A DNA stretch of 64,000 bases from Mobula hypostoma (taxonomy: Eukaryota). A program made the translations under genes and the position numbers. The stretch lies in contig NC_086101.1 in assembly GCF_963921235.1 (NCBI RefSeq), forward strand, positions 6,388,001 to 6,452,000, in the 5' to 3' direction. Below, one piece after another: positions 63,358 through 64,000 of this stretch. The notes beneath the pieces are model-generated. The model ran no database searches and was not told the origin of the DNA. It saw only the letters and a list, made by a program, of their open reading frames with translations. The first letter of the stretch is position 1. Each line of letters opens with the position of its first letter.

Positions 63358-64000
63358 AGACTAGGAGTTGAGGATGCCATCGTCTACCTGCTGAACCGTG
63401 TCTACGCCCACCTGGACAAGCCAGCGAGCACTGTGAGGGTCATGTTTTTTGACTTCTCTAGTGCGTTCATCACCATCTGCCCTGCTCTGCTGGGGGAGAA
63501 GCTGACAGCGATGCAGGTGGATGCTTCCCTGGTATCATGGATACTTGATTACCTGACTGGCAGGCCACAGTACGTGTGCTTGCAACACTGTGTGTCTGAC
63601 AGAGTGATCAGCAGCACTGGGGCTCCACAGGGGACTGTCTTGTCTCCCTTTCTCTTCACCATTTGCACCTCGGACTTCAACTATTGCACAGAGTCTTATC
63701 ATCTTCAGAAGTTTTCTGATGACTCTGCCATAGTTGGATACATCAGCAAGAGAGATGAGGCTGAGTACAGGGCCACAGTAGGAAACTTTGTCACATGGTG
63801 TGAGCAGAATTATCTGCAGCTTAATGTGAAAAAGACTAAGGAGCTGGTGGTAGACCTGAGGAGAGCTAAGGTACCGGTGACCCCTGTTTCCATCCAGGGT
63901 GTCGGTGTGGACATGGTGGAGGATTACAAATACCTGGGGATACGAATTGACAATAAACTGGACTGGTCAAAGAACACTGAGGCTGTCTACAAGAAGGGTC
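63358..64000 (+). mobile_element. Rex1/Babar-type LINE RT fragment, runs off the window
   Basis: GVEDAIVYLLNR...MFFDFSSAF...GAPQGTVLSPFLF...KFSDDSAIVG; near-identical to the 56010-56946 copy. Confidence 0.9.

Overview
Eukaryotic, retroelement-saturated vertebrate DNA. The repeat mix (CR1, Rex1/Babar, Penelope, tRNA-SINEs) points to a cartilaginous fish, probably a ray or skate (inference). The only host protein gene I can support is a complete 8-coding-exon PPT2 (lysosomal palmitoyl-protein thioesterase 2) on the minus strand, 44726 to 5159. It encodes 287 aa with all-GT-AG introns, an intact Ser96/Asp213/His268 triad and a CpG-island promoter. An intron-containing tRNA-Ile(TAT) lies at 55373-55465 (-). 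The rest is nested transposon debris and minisatellites. Most unusual signals: (1) a 3.6-kb 22-bp satellite in the last PPT2 intron that places about 164 consensus GTAAGT donor motifs on the pre-mRNA strand; (2) Penelope-derived minimal type I hammerhead ribozyme motifs, one with an intact core, one split by a LINE insertion, and all sense-strand intronic copies disabled; (3) a perfect 56-bp-arm hairpin insertion with a target-site duplication (TSD); (4) two solo LTRs and a four-element nested insertion stack; (5) an apparent cysteine loss/gain in PPT2. Most ORFs in the supplied track are TE remnants or repeat artefacts. All coordinates were read by eye; TE boundaries without a TSD are approximate.
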